Shown piece by piece: positions 8,223 through 20,601 of a DNA stretch of 64,000 bases. The stretch is from contig JBBRSP010000007.1 of the NCBI GenBank assembly GCA_038245295.1, forward strand, positions 180,788 through 244,787, given 5' to 3'. Position numbers and translations under genes: made by a program. Numbering within the stretch: position 1 is the first letter of the stretch; each line of letters begins with the position of its first letter. The notes under the pieces were generated by a model, which was not told the DNA's origin, did no database searches, and worked only from the letters and a program-made list of their open reading frames with translations. This DNA is from Candidatus Binatia bacterium (GTDB lineage: Bacteria; Desulfobacterota; Binatia; HRBIN30).

Positions 8223-10469
8223 ATGCGTCTGGGCCGGCTCATCGTCGTCGCAATCGCCGCCTGCGCCCTGCGAGGCACGGTGGCCGCCGCACCGACGCCG
8301 GCCATTCAACTCCCTGGTGCGGCGCCGTTTGACGCTGCCTTCCAATCACAACTCCGCGAAGCCTGGAAGAAATCGCCTGTCTACAAGTCCGACAGCTCCC
8401 CAAAGTTCATCAACCGGTTGATCTTCGCCTCGAGCCCCTACCTGCAGCAACACTCCCTCAACCCCGTAAATTGGTATCCGTGGGGCGACGAGGCCTTTGC
8501 CGCCGCCAAGCGCGATAACAAGCCTGTCTTCCTGTCGATCGGTTACGCCACCTGCCATTGGTGCCACGTCATGGAAGAGGAGAGCTTTAAAAATCCGCAG
8601 ATCGCCCGCCTCCTCAACGAGGGGTTCATCTCAATCAAAGTCGACCGCGAGGAGCGCCCCGATATCGATGCCCTCTATATCGCCGCCGTGGAAAAGCTGA
8701 CCGGCGGCGGGGGCTGGCCGCTCAACGTCTTCCTCGATCCCGAACGTCAACCGTTCTATGGCGGCACCTACTTCCCACCCAGCGACCGCGGCGGCCGGCC
8801 CGGCCTGCCGAAGGTCCTGCAACAGATCAGCGAGACGTGGAAGTCCGGCCCCGACACGGCGCGCAGCGCGGCCGTATCACTCCTCAAAACCCTCGCCCCT
8901 CAGCCGGCGAGCCCGACCGAGCTGAGCGAGGCAACACTCGCCAAGGCGGCGGCAGATTTCGGCCGCGCCTTCGATGCAACCAACGGTGGCTTCGGCCGAA
9001 GTACCAAGTTTCCGCAACCGCACACCCTCGTGTTCCTGCTGCGGTACGGTGCCCGAGCCAAGGATGCGCAAGCCACCCAGATGGCCGAAACCACGCTCAA
9101 TCATATGGCAGCCGGCGCCATCCACGACATTCTGGGCGGTGGCTTCCATCGTTACTCCGTAACCCCCGACTGGACCCAGCCACACTACGAAAAGATGCTC
9201 TACGATCAGGCCGGCATCGCGCGCGCCTACCTCGAAGCATCGCAAGCCCTGCGGCCGCAGTATGGCGAGGTGAGCCGCTTCATCTTTGAGTATGTCCTAC
9301 GCGACCTGCATTCGCCGGAGGGCGCCTTCTTCACGGCGGAGGATGCCGACAGCGAAGGCGAAGAGGGACGCTTCTATCTCTGGACCAGGGCGCAGGTCAT
9401 CAAAGCGCTCGGACAAAACAACGGGGCGCTTGTGGCCGACTTCTACAGCCTCACCGAAACGCCGCGGCCACTGGTGATGACCGGGTCGCAGGCGACATTT
9501 GTTGAGACGCACAAGATTGGCAGCAAAGAGTTCGAGAAGGTCATCAACGAGGCGCGTCAGGCGTTGTTGGCGGTGCGTAACCAGCGACCGCGACCGCGCC
9601 GCGACGACAAGATCATCACCGCCTGGAACGGCTTGATGATCGCCGACCTGGCGCGTGCCGGCGCCATGGAGAGTGCTCCGGATCTCGGCGCGGCGGCGGC
9701 GAAGGCGGCCGATTTTCTCCTGCGACAGTCACAACGCAACGGCCGGCTGATGCGCAGCTGGCGCAACGGCGTCCTCGGTGTGCCCGGATTTCTCGATGAC
9801 TATGCATTTCTCATCTCGGGTCTGCTCGAGCTCTACGAATCGACCTTCGACCCACGCTGGTTGCGCGAGGCGACGCGGCTGTCGAACGACATGCTGCGTT
9901 TGTTCGCCGACCCTTCAAATGGCAGCCTGCGTTATCGCGCCAGCGACCACGAGGCCTTGGTGGCAACCACGGAGTCACTCGACGATGCGGCGCTGCCGGC
10001 GGCTCAATCGGTTGCCGCCGACGTGCTGTTGCGGCTCGGACGCATGACCACCAATGCCGAGTACGAAAAGGTTGGCCATGCGTTGCTGGCTGCCAACTCC
10101 GCCGACGTGGCGCGATCCCCCACCGCCTATGCGGCGCTGCTGCAAGCGCTGATGTTTGCGCTCGGCCCGTCGAAGGAGATCGTCATCATCGGGCCGCGCG
10201 ACAGCAAGGATACGCAGATCCTCATCGCCATCGCGCACGTCGCCTACTTACCGAATGCCGTCCTCTTGCAGAGCTCTCCGGGCGACACCGAGATCACCAA
10301 GCTGGCCCCGTTTGTCGCCAAGCAGCCGATGCTCGACGGCAAGGCGACGGCTTACGTGTGCGAGAACTATGTGTGCAAGCGCCCGACGAACGACCCGAAA
10401 CAGTTCGCCATTTCGCTCGGCGTCCTCAACGCGGCAGCACCGCCGCCGACTCCGGCTGCAGCTCGGTAA
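8223..10469 (+). CDS. Thioredoxin-domain protein YyaL/SSP411 (DUF255) with an N-terminal signal-like sequence
   Basis: NRL...[65 protein letters not shown]. Confidence 0.95.
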   Translation: MRLGRLIVVAIAACALRGTVAAAPTPAIQLPGAAPFDAAFQSQLREAWKKSPVYKSDSSPKFINRLIFASSPYLQQHSLNPVNWYPWGDEAFAAAKRDNKPVFLSIGYATCHWCHVMEEESFKNPQIARLLNEGFISIKVDREERPDIDALYIAAVEKLTGGGGWPLNVFLDPERQPFYGGTYFPPSDRGGRPGLPKVLQQISETWKSGPDTARSAAVSLLKTLAPQPASPTELSEATLAKAAADFGRAFDATNGGFGRSTKFPQPHTLVFLLRYGARAKDAQATQMAETTLNHMAAGAIHDILGGGFHRYSVTPDWTQPHYEKMLYDQAGIARAYLEASQALRPQYGEVSRFIFEYVLRDLHSPEGAFFTAEDADSEGEEGRFYLWTRAQVIKALGQNNGALVADFYSLTETPRPLVMTGSQATFVETHKIGSKEFEKVINEARQALLAVRNQRPRPRRDDKIITAWNGLMIADLARAGAMESAPDLGAAAAKAADFLLRQSQRNGRLMRSWRNGVLGVPGFLDDYAFLISGLLELYESTFDPRWLREATRLSNDMLRLFADPSNGSLRYRASDHEALVATTESLDDAALPAAQSVAADVLLRLGRMTTNAEYEKVGHALLAANSADVARSPTAYAALLQALMFALGPSKEIVIIGPRDSKDTQILIAIAHVAYLPNAVLLQSSPGDTEITKLAPFVAKQPMLDGKATAYVCENYVCKRPTNDPKQFAISLGVLNAAAPPPTPAAAR

Positions 10470-11877
10470 CATACTTCACCTCGCCCGACGTGTTGCGTAC
10501 CTCGATAAACGCATTGCCGACGGCGTCGATGCGCATCTCACCGAACGTGAACCACGTCTTGGCTTCTTCGAAATCGACGCCCGCCTTGAAGGCCGGATAC
10601 GTCAGCAAGCGCTGCGGCTTCAACGTATCGTCCCACTCGTGGCCAGGGTAGACACCAGCCTGCAGTGGCCCAACTTCCAACTCTAGAAAGTGAAACCACG
10701 GCGCGTCGTCGAAGGGTTGATAACGCGTCACCGCCGTGTAGTGGACGTCGGTCGACAGCCACACGGTGTTGTTGATCTTGTGATCGCGCAGGAATCGGAC
10801 GATGGCGAGCAACTCCTGCTCGAAGCCGGTCGTCGTATCGAAGTTGGCCCAGCCATCGCGGCCATGCAGGCGGCCGCCGGTCGGAATCGACAGCGGCACA
10901 CTCGTCACGATGACTTTCCAGGTCGCATCGGAGTTGGCCAGACCATCCAAGAGCCATTGCCGCTGTGCCGGGCCGAGCATGGTTTTCGGATGATCGGGGC
11001 TGTCGATCATGGCGTTCGGGTCGCGGAAGCTGCGCGTATCGAGGAAGAAGACCTCCAGATGCTTGCCCCAGCGCACGTTGCGGAAAAACGGCGCGCCGTC
11101 ACGCAACGGATTGTAGTCGCCGAAGGCTTTGACACCCGGCGCAAACAAATGGCGCCCGGCCTCATCGGTATCCTCCGTCGGTCCCGCATCGTTGCGTACT
11201 TCGTGGTCGTCGTAGACGGCATACATCGGCGTCGCCGCGAGAAGCTGCTGCTGGTGCGCATCCGCCCGATTGTACTTCCACTTCGCCCAGAAGCTTGGCC
11301 GATCGAAAGCACGCGGCGGACCCGGGATCTGTTCATTGCGGTAGCTGCTGGTCGCCGGGCAGTCGTCATCCGCATAGATCATGTCGCCAAGCGCGATGAA
11401 GAAATCGGGCTGGCGCTGCCGAATCGTATCGAAAATCGGGTAACCTTCCTTCACGTCGCGGCAGGCCTTCTGGCCGCCGAGATCGCCGCTCCAGACGAAA
11501 CGCACTGGCCCTGCAACATCTCCGGTTGCCGGCGTTTGGAAACTACCGCGCGCGGCGCCGGCGTTGGGCTTCGCTGCATTGCCACACCACAGCTCGTATT
11601 GGTAGCGCGTCCCAGGATGCAGACCCGCCAATTCGATATGCACCGTCGAGTCGCGCGTGGCAACGGTCTTCGCCTCGGTCGCGACGCGCGAGCCGTCCAC
11701 ACCGGTCGTCAGCAGATGAACGACGTTGGCATCAGAGCAGCGTGCCCAAACCACGGCCCGGGTTTGGGTCACTTCGCCGACGGCAACACCGTGCGTCGGC
11801 GGCGCTGCCAGGGCAGCCGGAGAGAATGCCAGCAGAGTTAGAACAACACAGATACCGCCGAACGCGACAAGCCGCAG
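10426..11877 (-). CDS. phoD: Alkaline phosphatase D family protein
   Basis: [45 protein letters not shown]. The frame extends upstream of GTG 11772 through a signal peptide to CTG 11877. Confidence 0.88.
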   Translation of the reverse strand: MRLVAFGGICVVLTLLAFSPAALAAPPTHGVAVGEVTQTRAVVWARCSDANVVHLLTTGVDGSRVATEAKTVATRDSTVHIELAGLHPGTRYQYELWCGNAAKPNAGAARGSFQTPATGDVAGPVRFVWSGDLGGQKACRDVKEGYPIFDTIRQRQPDFFIALGDMIYADDDCPATSSYRNEQIPGPPRAFDRPSFWAKWKYNRADAHQQQLLAATPMYAVYDDHEVRNDAGPTEDTDEAGRHLFAPGVKAFGDYNPLRDGAPFFRNVRWGKHLEVFFLDTRSFRDPNAMIDSPDHPKTMLGPAQRQWLLDGLANSDATWKVIVTSVPLSIPTGGRLHGRDGWANFDTTTGFEQELLAIVRFLRDHKINNTVWLSTDVHYTAVTRYQPFDDAPWFHFLELEVGPLQAGVYPGHEWDDTLKPQRLLTYPAFKAGVDFEEAKTWFTFGEMRIDAVGNAFIEVRNTSGEVKYVTELQPESAAVLPR

Positions 11878-11881
11878 TGTA

Positions 11882-12430
11882 CTACTCCTTCTCAGCCGTC
11901 TCCTCCGTCTGGTAGCGCTGGAACTCGCGCATGAACGTCAGCGATTCCATCGACGTCATACGGTCGACATACACCTTACCCCACAGATGGTCGCACTCGT
12001 GTTGCGCGACGCGCGCCTCGAAGCCTTTCGCGACGTAGTTGAGCTTGTTGCCGTCGCGATCAAAGGCCTCGACTCGCACCTTGGTGTGCCGCGGCACGCG
12101 ACCACGCAGATCCGGCAAACTCAAACAGCCTTCCCAGTCTTCTTCGATCTCGTCGGAGATCGGCGTGATCTGCGGGTTGATCAGTACCGTGAGTGCCACC
12201 GATTCGGCATCGGGGTAGCGCGGGTTGTTCTCGACTTCAAAGACGACAAGCTGCGCCGAGACATGCACCTGTGGCGCCGCCAGACCGGCACCGTCGTACT
12301 CGTCCATGGTCTCGATCATGTCGTCGATGAGCTGCTGCACCAGGGGCGAGGAGATGTCTTCGGGTGGAATCGGCTCGGCGACCAGGCGCAGCACCGGGTG
12401 ACCAAGTCGGGCGACTTTCAGAATGGCCAT
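11882..12430 (-). CDS. def: Peptide deformylase
   Basis: GAGLAAPQ, EGCLS and QHECDHL motifs; start MAILKVARLGHP. Confidence 0.96.
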   Translation of the reverse strand: MAILKVARLGHPVLRLVAEPIPPEDISSPLVQQLIDDMIETMDEYDGAGLAAPQVHVSAQLVVFEVENNPRYPDAESVALTVLINPQITPISDEIEEDWEGCLSLPDLRGRVPRHTKVRVEAFDRDGNKLNYVAKGFEARVAQHECDHLWGKVYVDRMTSMESLTFMREFQRYQTEETAEKE

Positions 12431-12496
12431 GTCCCGTGTGTATCGGAGCGATTCGGTGCGCGCCAGCATGGCGCTTGAATTCGCATCGGCAGACGC

Positions 12497-12520
12497 CGCA
12501 GGCTGAAGCCTGCGCCTACC
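12497..12520. repeat. GTAG-type REP hairpin CGCAGGC-TGAA-GCCTGCG-CCTACC (empty target site)
   Basis: Perfect 7-bp stem with a 4-nt loop; related copies at 21038, 21093, 42516, 42737, 63264 and 63861. Confidence 0.8.
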
Positions 12521-12607
12521 AGCCTGCGGACAGCTGAGCGCGACCTCATCGCTTGCGTTTCGCGTGAGGCATAGGCAGAGGCATGGGCGCAGGCTGAGGA
12601 GGAAACA

Positions 12608-13420
12608 ATGGCTGCCTTGAGCGGAAAAGTTGCCGTCGTCACCGGCGGTGGATCGGGAATCGGTCGCGCCATCGCGCTGCGCTTGGCGCGTGAGGGCGCC
12701 AAGGTGGCGATCGGCGAGATCAACGTTGACAACGGTGCCTTGGTTGTTGACGAGATTGCGGCGACAGGCGGGACGGCCTTTTCGTTGGCTACCGACGTGA
12801 CGCAGTCGACGCAGGTCGACACGCTGTTCGCCGAAACCGTGAAGCGCTTCGGCACCGTCGACATTCTGGTCAACAACGCCGGCATCGGCGAGATGAGCCC
12901 GCAGGCGCAGGAGCGCGTGCGCGAGCGGATGATGAAAGCGATGGGTGGCCAGCGCGACTCCCTCGGCGTGACGCGCGACCTCTCCGACGCCGACTTCAAA
13001 CGCATGCTCGAGGTTCATCTGTTCGGCAATTTCTACTGCATCCGCGCCGCCCTGCGGATCATGGAAGAGAAACGCAGCGGCTCGATCATCAACATGGCGT
13101 CGGTCGCCGGCATCAACGGAATTCCGTCGGCGCCCCACTACGGGGCTGCCAAAGCTGGGATCATCGGGCTCACCAAATCGGTGGCTGCCGAGGTCGGCGG
13201 CGCCGGGATTCGCGTCAACGCGATCGCCCCCGGCTTGATCGATACGCCGATGACCGCCGGCATCCCGGCGATGGGTAAGCAGATGCTGCTGATGCGTGTA
13301 CCGCTAGGCCGCGAAGGGACACCCGACGATATCGCCGGGGCGGCGTTCTTCCTGGCCTCGGATGATTCGGCGTATGTGACCGGACAGGTGATCAGTCCGA
13401 ACGGCGGCTTGTCGTTGTAG
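12608..13420 (+). CDS. Short-chain dehydrogenase/reductase (FabG-like)
   Basis: TGGGSGIG, NNAG, YGAAK, NAIAPG. Confidence 0.95.
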   Translation: MAALSGKVAVVTGGGSGIGRAIALRLAREGAKVAIGEINVDNGALVVDEIAATGGTAFSLATDVTQSTQVDTLFAETVKRFGTVDILVNNAGIGEMSPQAQERVRERMMKAMGGQRDSLGVTRDLSDADFKRMLEVHLFGNFYCIRAALRIMEEKRSGSIINMASVAGINGIPSAPHYGAAKAGIIGLTKSVAAEVGGAGIRVNAIAPGLIDTPMTAGIPAMGKQMLLMRVPLGREGTPDDIAGAAFFLASDDSAYVTGQVISPNGGLSL

Positions 13421-13445
13421 GGGCGTTTCGCGAACCGCCGCCTAC
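13417..13445. repeat. GTAGGGGCG...CGCCGCCTAC REP palindrome between convergent genes
   Basis: gtaggggcgtttcgcgaaccgccgcctac; related copy at 55706-55729. Confidence 0.7.
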
Positions 13446-14056
13446 GGGATGCGTTTATCGAGCTCGCCGAGCAGGCGCTCGACGCCGACGCCCGAGAGCT
13501 CCGCGGCGCTGAGCCACTTGGGCCCGGCGTTCCAGAAGATCCACCACTTGAAGAGGTTCTCGGTGAGCGGCTTCTGTGTCTCGTCGAATTCTCCCTTCCA
13601 CAGGATCCGCCCGCCGCTGACGGAGACGAGCTCCAGCGTGAACGAAACCCCGGCCGGGTCGGTGGCGCCGTATTCGGTACCAACCCGCTCCATGAATCGC
13701 GACACGGTGCCGATCAGAACCGCGTCGGCCGACGTTGCTTTGCCGAGCTGCACGGCGCGTTGGATCTGCGTTGCCTGCGCGTCCACCTTGCGCAACGCGT
13801 CGTTGATCTGCAAATCGGGAACGAAGCGCCAACGCGACGACTGCGAAAGCACTCCATACACCTGCGCCGTCACCACATTCGCCGCTTCGGCCTCGAGATG
13901 AATGCGGCCGTCCTGATCTGTCCGCGCCGCTGTCTTGTCCAGCGGCAACACAGCGATGAGGTTGACCGACTCGTCGAGCGGTTCGGCCTTGAAGAAATAC
14001 GAGCAGCCGGGCAGCAACAAACCGGCCAGCGCGACGGCGAGGACGACCCGTTTCAT
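13442..14056 (-). CDS. Putative lipoprotein (CsgG/TolB-N-like fold)
   Basis: [18 protein letters not shown] lipobox; [15 protein letters not shown]...[12 protein letters not shown] overlap with aspS. Confidence 0.8.
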   Translation of the reverse strand: MKRVVLAVALAGLLLPGCSYFFKAEPLDESVNLIAVLPLDKTAARTDQDGRIHLEAEAANVVTAQVYGVLSQSSRWRFVPDLQINDALRKVDAQATQIQRAVQLGKATSADAVLIGTVSRFMERVGTEYGATDPAGVSFTLELVSVSGGRILWKGEFDETQKPLTENLFKWWIFWNAGPKWLSAAELSGVGVERLLGELDKRIP

Positions 14057-15855
14057 ACGTTCACCTTGATCCCAAGCTCCTTCAACTGCTTGGGATCGAC
14101 CTCGGACGGCGCTTCGGTCATCAAGCAAGTCGCGCGCTGCGTCTTCGGGAAAGCGATGACGTCGCGGATCGACGTGCCACCGCTCAGGAGCATGGCAAGA
14201 CGGTCCAGGCCGAAGGCAATGCCGCCGTGCGGCGGAGCGCCGAACGCCAGGGCGTCGAGCAGGAAGCCGAACTTATTGCGTGCTTCCGCTTCACCAATGC
14301 CGAGCAGCTCGAAGACACGCGACTGCACATCGGGCCGATGGATACGCACGCTGCCGCCGCCGAGCTCAGTGCCGTTCAGCACGACGTCATAGGCCTTGGC
14401 GCGCACGGAGATCGGGTCGGACTCGAGACGATCCATGTCTTCGTCCAGCGGCGCCGTGAACGGGTGGTGCACCGCGACGTGGCGCTTGTCTTCAGGCGAG
14501 TACTCGACGAGCGGGAAATCGGTTACCCAAACGAAAGCAAACTTGTCGGTTCCCATCATCCCGAGTTGCTCGGCCAGCTTGAGCCGCAGGTGGGCCAGGG
14601 AGTCGTTGACGATCTTCGCCGTGTCGGCGGAGAACATCAGCAGGTCGCCAACCTGTGCCCCACAGGCCGCCTCGATGCCCTTCTTTTCGTCGTCAGTGAG
14701 GAACTTGGCGATCGGCGACTGCCAGCCGTCGCTGTTGACGCGCACCCAGGCCACACCCTTGGCGCCATACGGCGCGACGATCTCCGGTAAGCCGTCGAGA
14801 TCCTTACGCGACAAGCGGTCGCCGTCCGGCAGCCGCAACACTTTACAAATGCCGCCTTTGGCAAGCGCCTCGCGGAAGACCTTGAACTGCGAGTTGCGCA
14901 GCACGTCGGAAATCTCGTTCAGCTCGAGCTCGAAGCGCATGTCGGGCCGATCGATGCCGAACCGGCGAATCGCCTCGTCGTAGGTGAGGCGTGGAATTGG
15001 CCGCGGCACCTCGATGCCGCGCAGGGCGCAGGCAACCGACAGTAGGCCTTCGGTGATTGCCATGACATCGTCCGGCTGCACGAACGACATCTCCATGTCG
15101 ATCTGTGTGAACTCCGGTTGGCGATCGGCGCGTAGGTCTTCGTCGCGGAAGCAACGGACGATCTGGAAATAACGATCGAAGCCGGCGACCATGAGGATCT
15201 GCTTGAAGAGCTGCGGCGACTGCGGCAAGGCGAAAAAGTTGCCCGGGCTGACGCGGCTCGGCACCAGATAGTCGCGCGCCCCCTCCGGTGTGCTGCGCGT
15301 CAGCACCGGCGTTTCGATCTCAATGAAGCCGTTCGTATCCAGATAGTCGCGCACCGCCTTCACCAGGCGATGGCGGAACATCATACGCTCCTGCATCTCG
15401 GGGCGGCGCAAGTCGAGGTAGCGATACTTGAGACGCGTGCTCTCGGCGACATTGCCGCCATCGTCGAGTGAGAACGGCAGCGGGCGTGACTGGCTCAGCA
15501 GCTTGGCCTCTTCGGCAATCACCTCGATCTCGCCCGTCGGCAGGTTCGGGTTCACGGTCTCGGCAGTACGCGGCGCCACCTTGCCACGCACGGCCAGCAC
15601 GTACTCGCCGCGCACATCTTCGGCGGCCTTGAATGCCTTGGCGCTGCGCTCTGGATCGAACACCACTTGAGCGATGCCGGTACGATCGCGCAGATCGACG
15701 AAAACCACGCCGCCGTGATCGCGGCGCGTATTGACCCAGCCCATGATCGTGACTTCTTGCCCGGCCTGTGCCGCACGCAAGTCGCCGCAATAACTCGAGC
15801 GCTTCCAATCGCCGAGGGACTCGGCCGTAACGATTCGTGGTTGTTCTTCACTCAT
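14053..15855 (-). CDS. aspS: Aspartate--tRNA ligase
   Basis: [55 protein letters not shown]. Confidence 0.98.
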   Translation of the reverse strand: MSEEQPRIVTAESLGDWKRSSYCGDLRAAQAGQEVTIMGWVNTRRDHGGVVFVDLRDRTGIAQVVFDPERSAKAFKAAEDVRGEYVLAVRGKVAPRTAETVNPNLPTGEIEVIAEEAKLLSQSRPLPFSLDDGGNVAESTRLKYRYLDLRRPEMQERMMFRHRLVKAVRDYLDTNGFIEIETPVLTRSTPEGARDYLVPSRVSPGNFFALPQSPQLFKQILMVAGFDRYFQIVRCFRDEDLRADRQPEFTQIDMEMSFVQPDDVMAITEGLLSVACALRGIEVPRPIPRLTYDEAIRRFGIDRPDMRFELELNEISDVLRNSQFKVFREALAKGGICKVLRLPDGDRLSRKDLDGLPEIVAPYGAKGVAWVRVNSDGWQSPIAKFLTDDEKKGIEAACGAQVGDLLMFSADTAKIVNDSLAHLRLKLAEQLGMMGTDKFAFVWVTDFPLVEYSPEDKRHVAVHHPFTAPLDEDMDRLESDPISVRAKAYDVVLNGTELGGGSVRIHRPDVQSRVFELLGIGEAEARNKFGFLLDALAFGAPPHGGIAFGLDRLAMLLSGGTSIRDVIAFPKTQRATCLMTEAPSEVDPKQLKELGIKVNV

Positions 15856-15889
15856 AGGGACACTTCACCGCTTTCTCGAGAACCAGCCC

Positions 15890-17176
15890 TTACTCCATGC
15901 CGGCGGGAACAGAAACCTTCAGGGCCGCGCGTAGTTCAGCCGCCGACGATTTCAGAGGCACGCCGCGGGGGTAATCTTGCTTGGCAACCATATCGCGGAC
16001 AGTTGCGGCGCCGGCCGCCAACTCATCCTCGCCAAGGATCAATACGAAGGGGGCTTGGCTTTTGTCTGCGGCGCGCATCTGGCTCTTCAGGCTACGCGCA
16101 CCGTTACTCATCTCGACCCGCACACCTTCGCCGCGCCAGCGATGCGCCAGGTGCAGGGCTTCGGCTTCGGCAGGGGCTCCCAGCGGGGCGATGAACACCT
16201 CCGGACGGGTGATCGCCGTATGGGCATCATCGGGCATCGACAGGAGCAGGCGTTCGACACCGAGGGCGAAACCGACACCCGGAACATCCGGACCGCCCAG
16301 GCTTTTGACCAGGCCGTCGTAACGACCGCCGCCGCCGACGGCGCTCTGCGAGCCGAGACCTTCGGCCGATACTTCAAAGGCCGTGCGGCAATAGTAGTCG
16401 AGCCCGCGCACCATGCGGGCGTTCATGACGTAGGGCACCGACTCGCGATCGAGCACGGCGCGGACGATGGCGATATGCGCGGCGCAATCACCGCAGAGGT
16501 GGTCGATCATCACCGGCGCGTCCTGCGTCACGGCGCGACACTCGGGAACTTTGCAATCGAGGAGCCGCAGCGGGTTGCGCTCCAGACGACGGCGGCAGTT
16601 CTCGCACAGCTTGTCGTGACGGGCGCGGCCGTACTCTTGCAGCAACTCGCGATACTTCGGGCGGCAAACTGTGTCGCCGAGTGAGTTGAGCTCGATCTTG
16701 GCGCCGCGCACCTGCAAAGCCGCCAGCAGGTCATGCAGCAGAAGCAGCACTTCGGCATCGATGGCGGCGTCGTCGCGCCCGAGAACCTCGGCACCAATCT
16801 GATGGAACTGCCGCAATCGACCCTTCTGAGGACGTTCACGGCGAAACATCGGCCCCATGTAGGAAAGCTTCGAGACGGGTTCGGCCTGTTGCATCGCATG
16901 CTCGACATAGGCGCGCACGACCGACGCGGTACCTTCCGGGCGCAACGTCAGCGCCGTACCGTCGCGATCTTCGAAGGCGTACATCTCCTTCTCGACGATA
17001 TCGGTGGTGTCACCAATCGAGCGTTTAAAGAGATCGGCGCGCTCGACAATCGGAATCCGCAGCTCGGCGAAGCCATAACGACCGAACAAATCGCGGGCCT
17101 GTTGCTCGATTAAGATCCAACGCGCGCTTTCACTCGGGAGGACATCGTGAAATCCTTTGACCGACGTGATTTTCAT
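15890..17176 (-). CDS. hisS: Histidine--tRNA ligase
   Basis: DIVEKEMY, LRPEGTA, MFRRERPQKGR, VRGLDYY, GGGRYDGL. Confidence 0.98.
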   Translation of the reverse strand: MKITSVKGFHDVLPSESARWILIEQQARDLFGRYGFAELRIPIVERADLFKRSIGDTTDIVEKEMYAFEDRDGTALTLRPEGTASVVRAYVEHAMQQAEPVSKLSYMGPMFRRERPQKGRLRQFHQIGAEVLGRDDAAIDAEVLLLLHDLLAALQVRGAKIELNSLGDTVCRPKYRELLQEYGRARHDKLCENCRRRLERNPLRLLDCKVPECRAVTQDAPVMIDHLCGDCAAHIAIVRAVLDRESVPYVMNARMVRGLDYYCRTAFEVSAEGLGSQSAVGGGGRYDGLVKSLGGPDVPGVGFALGVERLLLSMPDDAHTAITRPEVFIAPLGAPAEAEALHLAHRWRGEGVRVEMSNGARSLKSQMRAADKSQAPFVLILGEDELAAGAATVRDMVAKQDYPRGVPLKSSAAELRAALKVSVPAGME

Positions 17177-17251
17177 GGGAAGGAACCTTGCGCCATTGGG
17201 CCGGACTAGGTAACGAGGCCCCTGCTGCAAGTCAACGAACGGTCCACACAC

Positions 17252-20200
17252 GTGGGGCAAATGCAACAACCTCCAAGGCAGCCCACTCAGCTAGCGACGC
17301 CGACGCCGTTTACGCGCACCAGACCGCGCCGCCTGAGCCTCGCGCCGCCTCGGAACCAGGCTGCGGCGGTCTTCGCATGTGCCCTAGTCCTGCTCGTCTC
17401 CTTGCTCGCTCCATCCGGGGCTCGCGCCGCGGATTGCTGCCAATGCTTCTTCGACATCCCCGTGTGCAGCGTGGCCACGGCGGACTGCGATTCCTCGACG
17501 GTCGGCTGTTTCCGCGTCGCGAATGCACAGTGCCAGGGTGGCGCCTGCGTGCCGATCCCGTCGGCAACGCCTACCTCGACACAAACGTCCACACCAACCC
17601 AGACGAACACCGCCACTCCATCCTGTACGCCGAGCGGCACCGCCACGCGCACTCCCACCAACACGCAGACGGCGAGCCCCACGCGCACCTCGACGAGCAC
17701 GCCGAGTGCCTCGCCAACATCGAGCCCGACACCGACGACAACCGCGACACGCACGGCAACGTCGACTCCCAGCAGCACTCCCACATCGACGCCAAGCCCG
17801 ACGCCGACGGTCACTTCGACCGGCACGCAGACGAACACACCGACCATCACGCGGACGCCGACCATTACGCGCACACCAAGCATCACGCGCACACCGACGA
17901 CAACGCCGGGGCCGATGGACTGTTGTCAATTCAGCCTCATCGGCTCGCTCTTCTGCGGTGCGCCGAATGACGGCTCCTGTCAGGGCGGCCTGCCTGTTTA
18001 CGGGACGGGGTGTGTCGACGGCCTATGCACACCATTTACGCCAACGCCGACCCAGACTTCGACGCCGACGGTCACCGCCACGCCGACCGCCACCTCAACG
18101 CCTACACAAACGGCGACGCAGACGGCCCTTCCGACGTTCACGCCGACCTCCACATCAACCAGCACCGTAACCTTCACGCCGACGAGCACCCCGACGATCA
18201 CCTCGACGGCGACGCCTGGCCCCCAGGATTGCTGCCAGTTTGGATCGCCCGACGCAGCTGCTTGCACGGCGCCGATCGCCGGACTGGGCTGCGGCGCGGT
18301 CGGCGCGGCGGTTTACGGCGCAACTTGCAATGGCGCCTCGGGAGCGTGCATCACGTATACACCGACCCCAACCCCAACGACCTTCCCCACATCGGGTGCG
18401 AACTGCATGGCGCTTGGACCGGTCGCGAACTACTCGCAGCCGCAAAACAAGCGACGCGGTTGCGCCAGCAACTACATGTGTGTCGCCGGCAACGACGGCG
18501 ACAGTTCGTACATCTTCTGGTCGGATCCGACGTCGCTGTCAGGACCTATAGAGGACCAATATGTCGTGGACGACCCGCCGCCGCGCACGGAGAAGATCAC
18601 CTCGGTGGCGATCCACGCCGTGTCGCGTGCCGAACAAGGCTTCGGTTCGACGCGGCTCCGGACGTACATCCTGTCGGGAAACGACCTGAAATTTAACAGC
18701 GCCGTCGAACAGGTCGTCACCAACCAATACGTCGACTATCTCTCCGTGTTCTGCGGCTTCGTGTCGGGCACGTGCAGCCACCCGATCTTCGGGCGACCTT
18801 GGACATGGGCGGACATCGCCGACCTGCGGATCGGCATCGGGCATCAGGTGACGTTCGGTGATCCCATTCGTACCACCAGCCTCTATGTCGAGGTTTGTTG
18901 GGAAGCGCCAACACCGACACCTACGTTCACGGCGACCCAAACGTCGACTCGGACCTCGACGCCGACTTTCACGGCGACGCCAAGTCCATCATCAACCTCG
19001 ACGCCCTCTTCAACGCCGACATCCACGTCGACGTCGACGAGCACACCGACATCAACCCCGACGCCAACCCCAACGGAAACCGACATCCCAACCGTAACGC
19101 CGACTCTTACTTCAACCCGGACTTCCACGGCGACACTGACAGCGACCATCACTCAGACGCCGACGCCGACGCGCACCGCGACACCAACCTCGTCACCGTC
19201 GCGGACGCCAACCGTGACGGCAACAAGTACACCGAGCGAGACTCCGGTACCGACGCCGACGCCGACGGCCACCGGCCAGCCAAGCTCGACACCGACACTG
19301 TCTCCCGTGCCGACCCTGTCGCCGACGCCGACACGCTCCGGCACATCGACGCGCTCGGCAACGTCAACGCGCACCTATTCCCCGTCGGCGACGGCTACGA
19401 CAACGCAGACAGCGACGCGCAGCAGCACATCGACGCGCACCGCAACACCGACCGTCACGCTGCCATTGCCATCGGCGACGCTGACACCGGTGCGGCCAAC
19501 GAACACGCCGACACGCACCTACAGCTCGACACCGACCATCACCGGCACACGTCCGACGATGACCGCCACACCGATGAGCAAGGTCGACTTCCTCTTCGGC
19601 TCAGGGAGCAACTCGAACGCCGAGTTCTGCCTCGACACCGCCACACCTCTGAACTTCATGAGTGCATCGCGTTCGCTCTTCAGCCTGCGCAGCGAGCCGG
19701 TCGCCGCCGCACGCGATCGTTATCAGGTGATCTACATCCCGCCGGGCCTCAGCACCGACGACTACTTCCAGGTCCAGAAGTTGGTGACCGATGGCGGCTT
19801 CATCGACCAGTTCGTTCGCCTCGGTGGCGTCGCCGTCATCAACGTCGGTGGTGTGATCGGCGACCAGATGATGATCGCCCCGGGTGGCGTCGGCTTCCTG
19901 CGCCAACCGCACCAGTCCGAGATCATCGATCTCCCCGACAGCCCCTATGTCACAGGCCAGGGTATCGGCGGCGAACAACTCGGCATGAGCGACTTTGACT
20001 CGTGGAACCAGACCGACGAGGGTGTGCTCGATATGCTGCCCCCCGATGCAACGGTTCTGACTCACAACTCCGACGGTCCTTCGCTGGCGCAATACAACTG
20101 GGGCGACGGGCGCGTCATCGTCAGCACGCTGAGCGTCTGCTGGGCCGGCCGCAACAACACCGATGGCCCGGCGACCCGCAACCTGTTCCGCTACAGCAGC

Positions 20201-20524
20201 TTCTACCAGGGCTCGGCGGCGACGCCGGCGCCGACCGTGACGCCGACCGGCACACCGACGATTACGCCGACTCGCACCATCACAGCGACACGCACGGCGA
20301 CGCGCACCCGCACGACAACCCGAACGCCGACAGTGACACCGACGGTCAACTACGTGGTCGGCGATGCCAACATCGATGGCGTGCTCGATTACCTCGACCT
20401 CGACGCCCTCATCCTGACGATCTACGGCGACGTAGATCCGCCACCGGCGCAGGCGGACGTAAACCTCGACGGCCGTGTCGACTCAGGGGACATCATCGCG
20501 CTGCTCATCTTGCTCGGCGGATGA
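17252..20524 (+). CDS. Large secreted Thr/Pro/Ser-rich protein with three DCCQ Cys-rich modules and a C-terminal dockerin-like domain
   Basis: Signal peptide ...LLAPSGARA; long TPT tracts; C-terminal GDANIDG..DYLD...[13 protein letters not shown] duplicated Ca-binding loops. Confidence 0.85.
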   Translation: MGQMQQPPRQPTQLATPTPFTRTRPRRLSLAPPRNQAAAVFACALVLLVSLLAPSGARAADCCQCFFDIPVCSVATADCDSSTVGCFRVANAQCQGGACVPIPSATPTSTQTSTPTQTNTATPSCTPSGTATRTPTNTQTASPTRTSTSTPSASPTSSPTPTTTATRTATSTPSSTPTSTPSPTPTVTSTGTQTNTPTITRTPTITRTPSITRTPTTTPGPMDCCQFSLIGSLFCGAPNDGSCQGGLPVYGTGCVDGLCTPFTPTPTQTSTPTVTATPTATSTPTQTATQTALPTFTPTSTSTSTVTFTPTSTPTITSTATPGPQDCCQFGSPDAAACTAPIAGLGCGAVGAAVYGATCNGASGACITYTPTPTPTTFPTSGANCMALGPVANYSQPQNKRRGCASNYMCVAGNDGDSSYIFWSDPTSLSGPIEDQYVVDDPPPRTEKITSVAIHAVSRAEQGFGSTRLRTYILSGNDLKFNSAVEQVVTNQYVDYLSVFCGFVSGTCSHPIFGRPWTWADIADLRIGIGHQVTFGDPIRTTSLYVEVCWEAPTPTPTFTATQTSTRTSTPTFTATPSPSSTSTPSSTPTSTSTSTSTPTSTPTPTPTETDIPTVTPTLTSTRTSTATLTATITQTPTPTRTATPTSSPSRTPTVTATSTPSETPVPTPTPTATGQPSSTPTLSPVPTLSPTPTRSGTSTRSATSTRTYSPSATATTTQTATRSSTSTRTATPTVTLPLPSATLTPVRPTNTPTRTYSSTPTITGTRPTMTATPMSKVDFLFGSGSNSNAEFCLDTATPLNFMSASRSLFSLRSEPVAAARDRYQVIYIPPGLSTDDYFQVQKLVTDGGFIDQFVRLGGVAVINVGGVIGDQMMIAPGGVGFLRQPHQSEIIDLPDSPYVTGQGIGGEQLGMSDFDSWNQTDEGVLDMLPPDATVLTHNSDGPSLAQYNWGDGRVIVSTLSVCWAGRNNTDGPATRNLFRYSSFYQGSAATPAPTVTPTGTPTITPTRTITATRTATRTRTTTRTPTVTPTVNYVVGDANIDGVLDYLDLDALILTIYGDVDPPPAQADVNLDGRVDSGDIIALLILLGG

Positions 20525-20601
20525 CAGGGATATCTGGCCATTTGAAGGCGCCCAACTAGCAAGATGGCCAATGGCCAAATGAAATGGCGGAAGGACACCC
20601 C

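Noticed and set aside
12431..13138. 418-aa version of peptide deformylase
   Set aside because: The upstream part is antisense to the SDR gene; def starts at 12430.
17560..19570. Repetitive ACGCCGAC-type DNA as a CRISPR array or VNTR
   Set aside because: It is codon-level repetition from Thr/Pro tracts of a single ORF, with no fixed repeat-spacer period.
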